A DNA stretch of 64,000 nucleotides from Nitrosopumilaceae archaeon (GCA_965203465.1 CBDBCR010000001.1:192001-256000); one strand, 5' to 3'; shown: positions 28,871-38,751, numbered from the stretch's first letter. Made by a program: numbers and translations. Notes: generated by a model not told the origin, from the letters alone.

Positions 28871-30961
28871 ATGCCGGGCGCGCAGGCGGGGCCGTACAAA
28901 ACCTCGGAATACGTTATATCGCGGCGCGCCCCGGCCGACTCGTTGAAGGCATTGGCCGCGTGCGCGGCGGTATCCGCGCTGCTGGCACTCTCGCAGTCCG
29001 GCGCCCAGCTGGCCTCGCCGCTGGCGCAGGAAGAGGCGGGCGCGGCGCCGGCCGACGTGCTCTGCAACGAGGGCCTGGTGCTGGTCATGCGCGCCTCTGG
29101 CGCCGCGTGCCTGCGGCCTGCCACCGCCGACCGGCTGGGCTTGGAGATACTCCAGCGTTCCGAACGATACGGCCACGCGGACGCCCCTGTAGTATCCGAC
29201 GGCGCGCTCGCAGACCTGGCCGGTCAGCCCGAGAAGGGTTCCGTCCAAGTCAGGGCGCACTCCTTGGTGCCGGCGCCCGATTTCAAGCCGGCCCTGCAGC
29301 ATCCCGACACCGGCGAGCGGCTCGAGTGCGTCTGGGAACAGTGCTACGCCGTCTCGCCCTCGTCGGAGACCTACGCGGGCCTGCACGGGGCGCAGTGCTC
29401 CAGGCACGGCAAGTGCTTCGTGGTCTCGGACGTGCCCCCGCCAACAGAGCGCGAGCCGCTGGTGTTTTTCTCGTCTTTCAGGGGGGAGCCTATCCGCACC
29501 ACGATAATGGTGGATCCGGACCGCACCGGCTACTGGTCCACCGCAACAAAGGCCGAACTCGACGAGCTGCTGCCCAGGCTCGCCGGATCGTTGTACCAGA
29601 GTCTCATCGCGCACACTATTGCTGATTTGGGGCCTGCTGTCCGCGCCCCTGACGGGACGCGGATCTGGGCGGCGATAGGCGCCGGTTTTGAAAACGCCCG
29701 CTGGCAGGATCAGTGGCAGACGGTGGCGGGCGACGATTTTGACTTTACCTCCGAAAGATACGATTATCTCTGGTCTTCGAACAAGGGCTGGTTCACGGCG
29801 CACAACGGGCTTGACGGCGGCAAGATCGAGCACCAGAGCTACACTCCGGTGCCCGGCTCGCCTACCGGCCTGGAATTTGCCGCCGAATTCATGGATACGA
29901 TGGGCTTTGACGACTGGTCTGTATACGTGGGGAAAGTATGGGGCTCGGGGCTGATCCACGGGACCGTACTGGATCAGACCACCGACCTCAAGGAAAACTA
30001 CAAAGCGACCGGGCCGACGGTTCAGCAAGTGACCTCGTTTATACAGGATGCGCGGGGCGACCCGGAACTGGATCCGGAAAAAATGACGAACAGCGTGTGG
30101 CACATAAGAAACAACTACGGCACGTACCGCGACGCCATCTTCGATCGCTTTGAGCCGGATCATATTCCGTTGACAGCGTACAACGAAGGGGCGGGGTGGA
30201 TATCGGTTGGCCCCGTCCCCGACGGGATGGCGGGCACTTTCGAGGGGTGGTCCGACTATCCTATACCCAAACCCGCCGTATCGCGGACGGAGGCAATAGA
30301 GCGGGCGCTGGAATTCGCCGCGGCCGACCCGGTGCTGTCCGGCCCCGAGTGCGGCCTGTCCGTTCAGGACAGGTCGGCCGAGGACCGGCCGCGGTACGTC
30401 TATCTGGACCAAGTGGCCGGCGCGCCGTTCTGGGTCGTGGACATGGGGGCCTGCGAGGTACTTCGCGATCTGTGCCACGACGACATTGTGTTTTCACAAG
30501 ATCTTTTGAGCATGGAAGAAGAGAATGCTGTAATAGAAGAAGCAAAGGCAAGGGGCCAATGGAACCTCAATCTGGTCTATGATCCCGAACGGTGGAACAC
30601 ATGGGGAGCCGATTCGGATCAATGCCGCATTATCTTGGAGAAAGCCACCGGCCTCAAGATAAACGCCTTTGGCAGGATCAATTCATCGGCCATGGACAAG
30701 GCGCCCTACATGCCGTACCACCAACACGTATTCAACCGCATCCACGAGATCAACGTGGACGTGTTCGTCGACGCGCTAGACGGCCAGACCGCCTGGTTCC
30801 GGGAGAACGAGGAATGGGACTCGGACATCAGGTGGAGAAACAGCTTCTTTGAGGACAAGAACGTGTGGTTTTTGGAGGACGGCAAAGTCACGTTTGCCTC
30901 AAAATGGCCCAAAGGGTATATCTACGAGACGGTGTGGCTGACCGACGAGACGGTTCGATGA
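28871..30961 (+). CDS. large secreted/surface hypothetical protein
   Basis: Signal-like hydrophobic N-terminus followed by the thaumarchaeal module DVLCNEGLVLVMRASGAACLRPATADRLG. Confidence 0.75.
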   Translation: MPGAQAGPYKTSEYVISRRAPADSLKALAACAAVSALLALSQSGAQLASPLAQEEAGAAPADVLCNEGLVLVMRASGAACLRPATADRLGLEILQRSERYGHADAPVVSDGALADLAGQPEKGSVQVRAHSLVPAPDFKPALQHPDTGERLECVWEQCYAVSPSSETYAGLHGAQCSRHGKCFVVSDVPPPTEREPLVFFSSFRGEPIRTTIMVDPDRTGYWSTATKAELDELLPRLAGSLYQSLIAHTIADLGPAVRAPDGTRIWAAIGAGFENARWQDQWQTVAGDDFDFTSERYDYLWSSNKGWFTAHNGLDGGKIEHQSYTPVPGSPTGLEFAAEFMDTMGFDDWSVYVGKVWGSGLIHGTVLDQTTDLKENYKATGPTVQQVTSFIQDARGDPELDPEKMTNSVWHIRNNYGTYRDAIFDRFEPDHIPLTAYNEGAGWISVGPVPDGMAGTFEGWSDYPIPKPAVSRTEAIERALEFAAADPVLSGPECGLSVQDRSAEDRPRYVYLDQVAGAPFWVVDMGACEVLRDLCHDDIVFSQDLLSMEEENAVIEEAKARGQWNLNLVYDPERWNTWGADSDQCRIILEKATGLKINAFGRINSSAMDKAPYMPYHQHVFNRIHEINVDVFVDALDGQTAWFRENEEWDSDIRWRNSFFEDKNVWFLEDGKVTFASKWPKGYIYETVWLTDETVR

Positions 30962-31212
30962 TGACACATACCGAAACACGCGCGACGCGCCGCAGATGGC
31001 CCCTGCCCGCGCTCTTGGTTTGTGCGCTGGCGGTGGCAAACCGCCTTCTCAAGGACGGACTCGGCCTCAAGTGAGGCCCTGCGCCCGCAGGCGAGCGTGA
31101 GCGAGAATGGCGGCAGCGCGCAGTCCGCCGGCCCGGCCTTTTGCCGCGCCCGACGCCGGGGTCCGCGCCAGGCACAGCCAAGTTTAAGTTCGGCAGAGGC
31201 GGGGCGGCGTTC

Positions 31213-32127
31213 GTGGTCCCGCCGTTTGAGGAATTCATGCTGCCGCTGCTAAAGGAGGTATCGGACGGCAGGGAATACACTTTGGCCAACACAGTACGGC
31301 CAGTCTCGGACAGCATGGGCCTGTCGGAGGACGACCGCAACAAAGTCATGCCGAGCAAAAGAAACAAAAGCACTACCTACGCGCAAAACAGGCTGCACTG
31401 GGCAAAGACGTACCTCAAATTTGCAGGCCTGCTGGAGATACCGAGCAGGGGGAAGTTCAGGATCACGCAACAAGGCCGGGACGTTCTTGACGAACGCCCT
31501 TCCCGGATAGACATAAAGTACCTGCTCCGGTTCGAATCGTTTGCAGAATGGAAGTCCAAGAGCCGAGGCGAGGGCACGGACAGTGCCGACGCACCCAGCA
31601 CCAGTAGCGCGACCCCCGAGGAGGCCATACAACGCGGCGTTGCAGAATACAGCGAATCGCTGCATGCGGACTTGCTGGAGGAAGTGTTGAAGGTTTCGCC
31701 GCACGGCTTCGAGGAGTTGGCGCTGGACTTGTTGGAACGGATGTACGGCGGCAAGGCGGAGCCGACGCAGCGCAGCAGGGACGGCGGGTTCGACGGCATC
31801 GTGTACGAGGACGAGCTGGGCTTGGCCAAGATCTACGTACAATGCAAGCGATACGACAGCGGCAACTTCGTGCGGGCCAAAGACATCGACGCCTTCATAG
31901 GCGTGCTTGACGCCAGCTCCAAAAAGGGCATCTTCATAACCACGTCCAAATTCACGCCGGACGCAGAAGCTCGCCTCAAAAACCGAAACGACGTGTCGGT
32001 GGTTTTGATAAACGGCTTGCGTCTGGCAGAACTCATGGAAAAGCACGGCGTGGGCGTTTCCGAAAAAGACTCTATAACCATAAACAAGATCGACCAAGAC
32101 TATTTCGAGCAGTACAAGGACGACTGA
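31213..32127 (+). CDS. mrr: Mrr-family type IV restriction endonuclease
   Basis: N-terminal FMLPLL...NRLHWAKTYLKFAGLL (Mrr_N); catalytic DGGFDG...YVQCKRY...KGIFITTSKFT. Confidence 0.93.
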   Translation: MVPPFEEFMLPLLKEVSDGREYTLANTVRPVSDSMGLSEDDRNKVMPSKRNKSTTYAQNRLHWAKTYLKFAGLLEIPSRGKFRITQQGRDVLDERPSRIDIKYLLRFESFAEWKSKSRGEGTDSADAPSTSSATPEEAIQRGVAEYSESLHADLLEEVLKVSPHGFEELALDLLERMYGGKAEPTQRSRDGGFDGIVYEDELGLAKIYVQCKRYDSGNFVRAKDIDAFIGVLDASSKKGIFITTSKFTPDAEARLKNRNDVSVVLINGLRLAELMEKHGVGVSEKDSITINKIDQDYFEQYKDD

Positions 32128-32320
32128 GCCCGCGCCGCCCACCGGCCCATCTGCCGGCGGCCCGGAAACCGGAGCGGCCGACCGGGCGAGTGGCGCCCTA
32201 GTTCGCTAGGCACCCTGCACGGCAGGCGCCCGGGGAATTCTACGGCCTGCGCGTCAACTGCACCCGCGCCCGCCAGCCGGCGCGGCCGGCTATAAGGCCG
32301 GCAAGAGGCGCCGCCGTGGC

Positions 32321-33274
32321 ATGTTCATATACCCCGCCGTCCCTAAGACGCCGGTGGAGCAGCTCAACCGCACGTGCACGGGCAAGTGCAAAAAGTACCG
32401 GGTCAAAAAGCCGTCTGTGGGCAGCAGGTACGGTGCCGGCCACGCCCGGTGCCAGATCTGCGACGTCTGGATAGACCACCGGGGCGGGCACCTCAAGGAC
32501 GGCTCGCCGGCTAGCGCGGACTCGTCGGGCTGGTTCTGCAACTGCTGCAACTACAAGGTGCGCCGCAGCCCGCGCAACATCGAGTACAAGGCCAAGATAC
32601 GCACCGCCGTGCAGGGCTCGGGGCCGGCCCGCCGCGGCCGCGTCGACCTCGAATACTTTAACAAGCGGCGCGCGCGCATGCTGCGCGGCATCGGCGAGGC
32701 GCTGGCCCTCTCGCGCATATCCGAGGGCGCCCCGGAGGACATGCTGCCGGCCGGCATGACCTCCGAGGAGATCGCCGCCGAGTTCGAGACGAGCATGGAC
32801 GAGCTGATCGCGCTCGCAAAGTCCGACTCCCCCAACAAGGCATCGCTGATAGCCGAGCTGGAAAGGTGCCGTTACAAGATACGCCTGGTCCCGACAAAGG
32901 AGGAGATGGCCGCCGACTCCAAGTTCACCATGGAGCAGTACGAGGCAGAGTTCCAGTCTTGGGAGCACCTGCTAGACAGGCTCGACTACGACCCGTGGTA
33001 CCGCGACCGAATGAGCACGGCCGTGCCCATGTGCGGCATGGTGGACGAGCTGCGCCCCGACGAATCCGGGGCGGAGAGGACCGGCAGGCTCGTCTCCGAG
33101 GCGCTCGGCATTCTCCGGGAGGGCAGCCTGCGCTCGTCGGAGCTGCGCGACCGGCTGGGCATAACCGGCTACGAGATGGCCCACCTGGAGCTGGCGCTCG
33201 CCCGGGCAAAGGGCGTCTCGTGCAAAAAGACGCGCCGCAGCGGCTCGACCGAGACGGTCTTTTCGTGCGGGTAG
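32321..33274 (+). CDS. Cys-rich Zn domain plus homing-endonuclease-associated repeat-like domain
   Basis: TCTGKC...RCQICD...CNCCNYKVRRSPR; LIAELERCRYKIRLVPTKEEM...YEAEFQSWEHLL. Confidence 0.7.
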   Translation: MFIYPAVPKTPVEQLNRTCTGKCKKYRVKKPSVGSRYGAGHARCQICDVWIDHRGGHLKDGSPASADSSGWFCNCCNYKVRRSPRNIEYKAKIRTAVQGSGPARRGRVDLEYFNKRRARMLRGIGEALALSRISEGAPEDMLPAGMTSEEIAAEFETSMDELIALAKSDSPNKASLIAELERCRYKIRLVPTKEEMAADSKFTMEQYEAEFQSWEHLLDRLDYDPWYRDRMSTAVPMCGMVDELRPDESGAERTGRLVSEALGILREGSLRSSELRDRLGITGYEMAHLELALARAKGVSCKKTRRSGSTETVFSCG

Positions 33275-33316
33275 CCCGGGCAATGGTTTAAACGGCCCCG
33301 CCCGCCGGCGCCCCCC

Positions 33317-33841
33317 GTGAAGGTGGCCGTAGTCTCTGCTAGCCCGAGGCCCGGATCCGTAACCCAGCACATGATGAGGCTGGCCCACGAGCGCGCCTCC
33401 GGGCGGGAGGACTCTTCGTTCATCAACCTGGCCGAGATCAGGATGGACTGCTTCCGGGGCCACGGCGAGCAGTACGGCGAGCAGACCCTCCGGGCCGCAA
33501 AGACCATGACCGAGGCCGACGTCTGGCTGATAGGCACGCCCGTCTACAACTCGTTCTTCAGCGGCGCCCTGAAGAACCTGGCCGAATACCTAGACTACAA
33601 AAAGACCCCGGGCAAGACCGCCGGCCTGGCCATAATGGCGTCGGGCCAGATAGGCTTTACCAACGTGCAGACGCTGCTGACCCAGATGATGTCGTACTTT
33701 GGCGCCGTCACCAACCCCAAGGCGGTGTTCATGACCGCTGACAGCGTAAGGGACGGGCGCGTCGCCGACGAGGACGCGCGCCGCAGAATGGAGGAACTGG
33801 TCGATTCGACGCTGTCGCTGGCCTACAAGGTCGGGGCGTAG
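33317..33841 (+). CDS. NADPH-dependent FMN reductase
   Basis: SASPRPGS, GTPVYNSFFSGALKN. Confidence 0.92.
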   Translation: MKVAVVSASPRPGSVTQHMMRLAHERASGREDSSFINLAEIRMDCFRGHGEQYGEQTLRAAKTMTEADVWLIGTPVYNSFFSGALKNLAEYLDYKKTPGKTAGLAIMASGQIGFTNVQTLLTQMMSYFGAVTNPKAVFMTADSVRDGRVADEDARRRMEELVDSTLSLAYKVGA

Positions 33842-34197
33842 ACGAACTTGTACACCCTTACGGTATAGTCGCCTTCGAATATGGCCGTGCGCTGCCCGTC
33901 GGTCACGTCTAGCACCCTGAAGCGGTGCTCGTAGCTGCCGTCTTTAGACACCTCGACCTGCGCGAAATGGACAGGCTCGCCCCCGGAACCGTAGATCTGT
34001 ATTATCACCGGGTATCCGTCGGCGTGGCCGGCCACGGCCCCCTCCACGAACGCCCACGGCAGGGCGTTGCCCTCCGGCACGCTCATGGAGATCTCCGACA
34101 CCACGGCCTCGACGCCGCCCTCGCCCAGCTGGGCGTAGGCGGGGTACAGCGCCGCGCATGCCAGCAGGGCGCACGCAGCGGCCAGCCTGCCTCTCAT
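33823..34197 (-). CDS. secreted hypothetical protein
   Basis: Signal peptide ending AYAQ; Ig-like beta composition (FEGDYTVRV). Confidence 0.7.
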   Translation of the reverse strand: MRGRLAAACALLACAALYPAYAQLGEGGVEAVVSEISMSVPEGNALPWAFVEGAVAGHADGYPVIIQIYGSGGEPVHFAQVEVSKDGSYEHRFRVLDVTDGQRTAIFEGDYTVRVYKFVYAPTL

Positions 34198-34329
34198 GGG
34201 CGGCTTCTCGCGCACCAGATATTAAAGGAATGCGGAACGGCTGCACGTGGAGTGCGGCTGCAAATGCCACTACGGGGGGGCCGTCAGCTGCCCCTCGTGC
34301 AAGGGGCGCCACGGCCAGGCCTGCTGCCA

Positions 34330-34737
34330 CTAGGCCTTTGCCATCGCCTTCAGGTCTGCTATCTCGGCGCGCAGCGCCTCTATCTGCACGCGCGTCTCGA
34401 GCTTGGAGACCTGCCCGCGCAGCCTCTCTATCTCGTCGTCCTTTACCTTGACGCTCGCGCGCAGCGAATCCAGCTCCGAAGAGAGCTGCGCCTTTGCGGT
34501 GTCTAGCTGCTCAGAGCTTTTTTTTTCCGGCTCGCGCGGCGAGTTCTTTTTTACGTAGTCGGCGCTCTTTTGCGCCAGCCAGCAGGTCAGCGCCATGAAC
34601 CAGGCGATGGGCACGGCCATGAGGAATATGAAGTCGAGCAGGCCCGTCCAGCCGGCAAACCACGGCCACAGGCCCGTTAGCACCGCGGCGAACGCGGCCG
34701 TCGAGACGGTCGCCAAGTGGTTGCGCATGTACCCCAC
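34330..34737 (-). CDS. membrane protein with C-terminal coiled coil
   Basis: Two TM helices followed by heptad-rich tail. Confidence 0.75.
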   Translation of the reverse strand: MGYMRNHLATVSTAAFAAVLTGLWPWFAGWTGLLDFIFLMAVPIAWFMALTCWLAQKSADYVKKNSPREPEKKSSEQLDTAKAQLSSELDSLRASVKVKDDEIERLRGQVSKLETRVQIEALRAEIADLKAMAKA

Positions 34738-34792
34738 AGCCGGGGCCCGGCGGGGGCGTTTTATAATGGTAGTGAAAAAATGGGGCGGGGGC

Positions 34793-35041
34793 CTAGGCCC
34801 CGACTCGCGGCTCCAGCATCTTTTCCCGCGCGCCCTCGTTGGCCGCGTCTATGGCCTGCAGTATCCGTATCTTTTCGAGCAGCTCGTTGCGCAGGTCGCG
34901 GGCCACCCTGCGGACGGTGGGCCGGGGCACGCCGAGCTCGTCTACTACTTTCTGGTAAATGTCCTTCTTGTCGGTCACGCCCTTGTCCATGCACGAGTTG
35001 ATTGCCTCCTTTATCACCGTGGTCTGGTTCATGTGCTCCAC
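34793..35041 (-). CDS. small HTH-like conserved hypothetical protein
   Basis: IYQKVVDELGVPRPTVRRVARDLR; TATA-like boxes upstream. Confidence 0.75.
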   Translation of the reverse strand: MEHMNQTTVIKEAINSCMDKGVTDKKDIYQKVVDELGVPRPTVRRVARDLRNELLEKIRILQAIDAANEGAREKMLEPRVGA

Positions 35042-35231
35042 GACGATGCGTCTTGGATCGTTCTATATATTGTTATAACCGCGCGGGATTTTTGCCAGCG
35101 CCGGCCCCGCGCGGGATCCGCCGCGCCGCAAACGCGCGCCTTTGCGGCGGAATCCGCGCGCGCGGCCCCGTTCTGCCGGGCGCGGGCCGCGCTTCACAAG
35201 GTTCTTAACGAGGGCGCCGGGCCGGCGCGCG

Positions 35232-35705
35232 GTGATCACGCTGGAGACGGCCATGGGCGCCATCGAGATAAGGACGCTGCCCGAGGCGGCCCCCGAGACG
35301 GTGCGCAACTTTGAAAAGCTTGCAGGCTCGGGGTTTTACGACGGCACGCTCTTCCACCGCGTGATACCCGGCTTCATGATACAGGGCGGCGATCCCAACA
35401 CGCGCGGCGGCCCAAAGTCCACTTGGGGGACCGGCGGGCCGGGCTACTCTGTAAAGGCCGAGTTTAACTCCATACCGCACAAGCGCGGCGCCGTGTCCAT
35501 GGCGCGCTCGGCCGACCCGGACAGCGCCGGCTCGCAGTTTTTCATAGTCGTGGCAGACAGCCCGTTCCTCGACGGCAAGTACACCGCGTTCGGCCAAGTG
35601 GCCTCGGGGATGGAGGCGGCAGACCGCATAGTCTCGCTAGAGCGCGATTCCAACGACTGCCCCCTGCGTGAGGCCAAGATACTAAAGGCGAGCGTGTCCG
35701 GCTAG
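35232..35705 (+). CDS. cyclophilin-type peptidyl-prolyl isomerase
   Basis: FHRVIPGFMIQGGDP, SMARS, SAGSQFFI, LDGKYTAFG. Confidence 0.96.
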   Translation: MITLETAMGAIEIRTLPEAAPETVRNFEKLAGSGFYDGTLFHRVIPGFMIQGGDPNTRGGPKSTWGTGGPGYSVKAEFNSIPHKRGAVSMARSADPDSAGSQFFIVVADSPFLDGKYTAFGQVASGMEAADRIVSLERDSNDCPLREAKILKASVSG

Positions 35706-36569
35706 TTGATCGCCCTGGCGCTGGCCCTGCTGGCCCTGCCGGCGGCCTCGGCGCAGCTCTCGATAGGCGAGCCGGCCCTGCAGGATTCGATCACGATAGA
35801 GGTGGGCCGCGGCTCGTCCTCGGTCACGCACGCCGTCTCGGGGGCCGACGGGCCCGTCCAGCTGGACCTGGTGGAGGGGCAGCGCGGCGAGATCGAGGCG
35901 AGCTCGGGCGGCCGGCCCCTCGAGCACGCCGAGGTCTCGGGCTCGGAGAGCATCGTGGTGTTTCCGGGGGGGCGCGACTTTGAGGTCTCGTACCAGATAA
36001 GCGGCGCGCCCGTCTTAGAGGACGGGCTGTGGACGTGGGACTTTTTCTACCCCGAATCGACGGCGTTCCTGTTCGAGGACGGCGTGGAGATGGTGTTCGT
36101 CAACGGCACGCCCGTCGAGCTGCCCGAGGGCGTGGCCGGCATAAACTGCCACGGCTGCCAGATGGTCCTAGAGTACTTTGAGGACCAGCGCGGGCGCGCA
36201 TCGACCGTCTCGTGGGAGGGGCGCGAGTTCGAGGTGGGCGTCGTCTCCAACGACGACATAGAATCGCTCATGTTCGACCAGCCCTCAAAGAGCCTCGGGT
36301 TCGAGGCGACCAAGGCGGGCGCGTACACCGTGCTCGTGATACCCAAGGCGCTGCTCTGGCCTCCGTACGACGCGTACCTGGACGGCGAGAGGATGCTCGA
36401 CCAGGAGAACATCTCGGACGAGGGACGCGTCTGGCTGGTGCTCCGCCCCGAGTCGGCCGGCACGGTCACGGTGATCGGGACCACGGTGGTGCCCGAGTTT
36501 TCCGCGCTGGCGCTGCCGCTTGCAGCCGGCTTCGGCGCGGCGGCGGCCGCCAGGCTCATTCGCCGCTAG
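35706..36569 (+). CDS. PEFG-CTERM surface protein
   Basis: Signal peptide; C-terminal IGTTVVPEF + TM + RR. Confidence 0.88.
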   Translation: MIALALALLALPAASAQLSIGEPALQDSITIEVGRGSSSVTHAVSGADGPVQLDLVEGQRGEIEASSGGRPLEHAEVSGSESIVVFPGGRDFEVSYQISGAPVLEDGLWTWDFFYPESTAFLFEDGVEMVFVNGTPVELPEGVAGINCHGCQMVLEYFEDQRGRASTVSWEGREFEVGVVSNDDIESLMFDQPSKSLGFEATKAGAYTVLVIPKALLWPPYDAYLDGERMLDQENISDEGRVWLVLRPESAGTVTVIGTTVVPEFSALALPLAAGFGAAAAARLIRR

Positions 36570-36699
36570 CGCCGCACGAGCACATGCCGTACTCGTCTAT
36601 GCGGGAATCGCACAGGCCGCACTTTTCGCCGTACTCGACCTCCCAGGGCTCCTTGCCGTACATGCGGTAGTGGTCGTCTATCTCCCGGGGGATCTCCAC
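36556..36699 (-). CDS. 47-aa Zn-finger protein
   Basis: Manual translation MEIPREIDDHYRMYGKEPWEVEYGEKCGLCDSRIDEYGMCSCGASGE (absent from the ORF track). Confidence 0.75.
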   Translation of the reverse strand: MEIPREIDDHYRMYGKEPWEVEYGEKCGLCDSRIDEYGMCSCGASGE

Positions 36700-36738
36700 G
36701 CGGCAGGGTACATATTGTCATATTTCAAGATTGGCGGC

Positions 36739-36921
36739 GTGGAGTGCGGGTGCCGGTGCGTAAGGTGCGGCGCCGCCGAGCTGGAATCGCGGCGCACGGG
36801 CCCCGACGAAAAGGACGGGTATTTCGACAGGCACCACACGTGCCGCCTGTGCGGCTGCCACTTTGATCACTTGGACGGGACCGTCTTCGAGCAGTGCGTC
36901 AGGTGCAGGCATCCTGCCTGA
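36739..36921 (+). CDS. 60-aa Cys-rich protein
   Basis: CGCRCVRC...HHTCRLCGCHFDHLDG...CVRC; divergent from the previous gene. Confidence 0.7.
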   Translation: MECGCRCVRCGAAELESRRTGPDEKDGYFDRHHTCRLCGCHFDHLDGTVFEQCVRCRHPA

Positions 36922-37300
36922 CGTAGCCGCCCGAGCCCCTGCAGAGGCGGCGCGACATGGCCATCCTGGCCAGGCCGCGCGAGACGTCCAGCGGGCTCGC
37001 GGCCCAGCCGGCCCCGCGCAGCTGCTCGACGGTCTCGGCTACGGTGCGCGGCCGCTCAAAGAACCCGCCGCCCTCCAGCGATTCCAGGCGCGGGCCCAGC
37101 TGCCCGCCCTTTACGGGGACGGGCTCGAACTCGGGCTCGCGCACCTCGGCGTCGTCGAGCGGCTCGAGCACGCGCATGGACGGCTTTAGGTAGCCGGAGA
37201 TCTCGGCTATCATCCGCCCCGCCGTCTCGTTGTCGATGTGCAGGTCGCGCGAGTCGATCTCGACCTCGGCGCTGCCGGCCCTCACGCGTATCCTCGCCAT
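36899..37300 (-). CDS. hypothetical protein with C-terminal winged helix
   Basis: FFERPRTVAETVEQLRGAGW...VSRGLARM. Confidence 0.7.
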   Translation of the reverse strand: MARIRVRAGSAEVEIDSRDLHIDNETAGRMIAEISGYLKPSMRVLEPLDDAEVREPEFEPVPVKGGQLGPRLESLEGGGFFERPRTVAETVEQLRGAGWAASPLDVSRGLARMAMSRRLCRGSGGYVRQDACT

Positions 37301-37411
37301 GGCATACTGACGCGGCGCCCGCATTTATCCTGTCTTGTCTCTTGTTTTTGGCACGGGGTCAAGATTTTTTGAGCCGCGGGGGGTTAAAAGCCGCCTCGGC
37401 GAGCCGTACCC

Positions 37412-37843
37412 GTGAGGCGAAGGGCCAAGATCGGGCTTGCGGTGCTGCTAGTGGGGCTGGCAGGCGTGGGGTACTGGCAGTACGCCATGGCCACGCAGCT
37501 GTCCGTCTCGGTGGCCGGCACCGAAAAGCAGGGCTCCGACTACGACCTACAGCTGCGCCTGGACAACCCGTCGCTGCTGTACCTGACGGCCGGCGAGACC
37601 GAGTTCGTGGTTCTGGCAGACGGGCTGCCCGTCGGCAGCGGCACGCTCTCTCCGTTCGTGCTGCCGGCCCTGGATTCTGCCACGGTGGACGGCACGTTCC
37701 GCACCGAGCACTCGGGCGCGCCCGGCTCTGAGATCAAGATAAGCGGCACCACCAAATACAACCTCCTGTTCACCTCCGTCGAGGTGCCCTTCGTGCTGTA
37801 CCCGACCGCCGAGCAGGCAAGCCCATTTATAGATTCGACCTGA
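37412..37843 (+). CDS. LEA_2/WHy-like membrane-anchored protein
   Basis: N-terminal TM followed by LRLDNPS and beta-sandwich pattern. Confidence 0.7.
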   Translation: MRRRAKIGLAVLLVGLAGVGYWQYAMATQLSVSVAGTEKQGSDYDLQLRLDNPSLLYLTAGETEFVVLADGLPVGSGTLSPFVLPALDSATVDGTFRTEHSGAPGSEIKISGTTKYNLLFTSVEVPFVLYPTAEQASPFIDST

Positions 37844-37854
37844 GAGAGCCCTCC

Positions 37855-38751
37855 GTGCTGACCGTATTCGGCTCCGTCGCGCTGGACACCATACGCACCA
37901 AAAAGCGCACGGTGCGCGGGGCCCTCGGCGGGGCCGCCTCGTTCGCGGCGGTCTCTTCCTCGCGCTTTTGCAGGACCGGCCTGGTCGGCGTGGTCGGTAG
38001 CGACTTTCCTTCCAGGTACCGGCGCCTGCTCGCATCGCGCGCGGATCTTGCAGGCCTGGAGGAAAAGAAGGGCAGGACGTTCCGCTACGACGGCGCGTAC
38101 GACGCGGACCTGACATCGCGGCGCGAGCTGAGCACGAAAGCTGGGCGTGCTGGCCGGGTTCTCGCCGGACCTGCCCGAAGAGTACAGGCGCTCCAAATTC
38201 GTGTACCTCGCAAACAACGATCCCGACCAGAACGTGCGGCTGCTCGGGCAGTTCGACCGGGTGCGGTTCTCGGCGTGCGACACCATATCGTACTGGATAT
38301 CGCGCAAGAAAAAGTCGGTCATACGCATGATGTCAAAGACCGACGCGGTCGTCATAAACGACGAGGAGGCGCGCATGCTGACCGGCGAGCACAACCTGCT
38401 GCGGTGCGCCCGGGCGATGCGCAGGTGGGGCGCCGGCCTGATAGTCCTAAAAAAAGGCCGAGCACGGCGCGCTGCTGTTTTACGGCCGCGAGGCGTATCC
38501 GGTACCGGGCATGCCGCTCGAACGGGTTCTGGATCCGACCGGCGCGGGCGACTCGTTTGCCGGCGCCATGATGGGGCACTTGGCCTCGTCAAATTCGGTA
38601 TCCTTGCGGGCGCTGCGCGAGGCCGCGGTGCGCGGTGCGGTCATGGGATCTTTCGCGGTCGAGGGGGCACGGCCTCGCCGGCCTGCTGGGGGCCGACGGG
38701 CGCGCGGTCTGCGCGCGGCTCAAAAAGTACCGCAGGCTGGCGGGGATCTAG
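37855..38751 (+). CDS. PfkB family carbohydrate kinase (three apparent 1-nt frameshifts)
   Basis: GSVALDTI...LGGAA; VINDEEARML; DPTGAGDSFAG spread over successive frames; shifts near 38137, 38455 and 38665 at A/G runs. Confidence 0.85.

Larger units (their letters stand above)
19569..32152. mobile_element. putative tRNA-Ala-integrated element / genomic island (right end uncertain)
   Basis: Integrase directly after the tRNA; cargo of ParM-like and VirD4/HerA-like ATPases, IS, Mrr and patches of lower-GC DNA; degenerate tRNA 3'-end match at 32142-32152. Confidence 0.65.

Noticed and set aside
30958-31074. Short ORF MMTHTETRATRRRWPLPALLVCALAVAN...
   Set aside because: It looks like an isolated signal-peptide remnant and is too short to support as a gene.
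37855-38751. pfkB pseudogene
   Set aside because: All three shifts fall at A or G runs and the motifs are otherwise intact, so sequencing error is the likelier cause.
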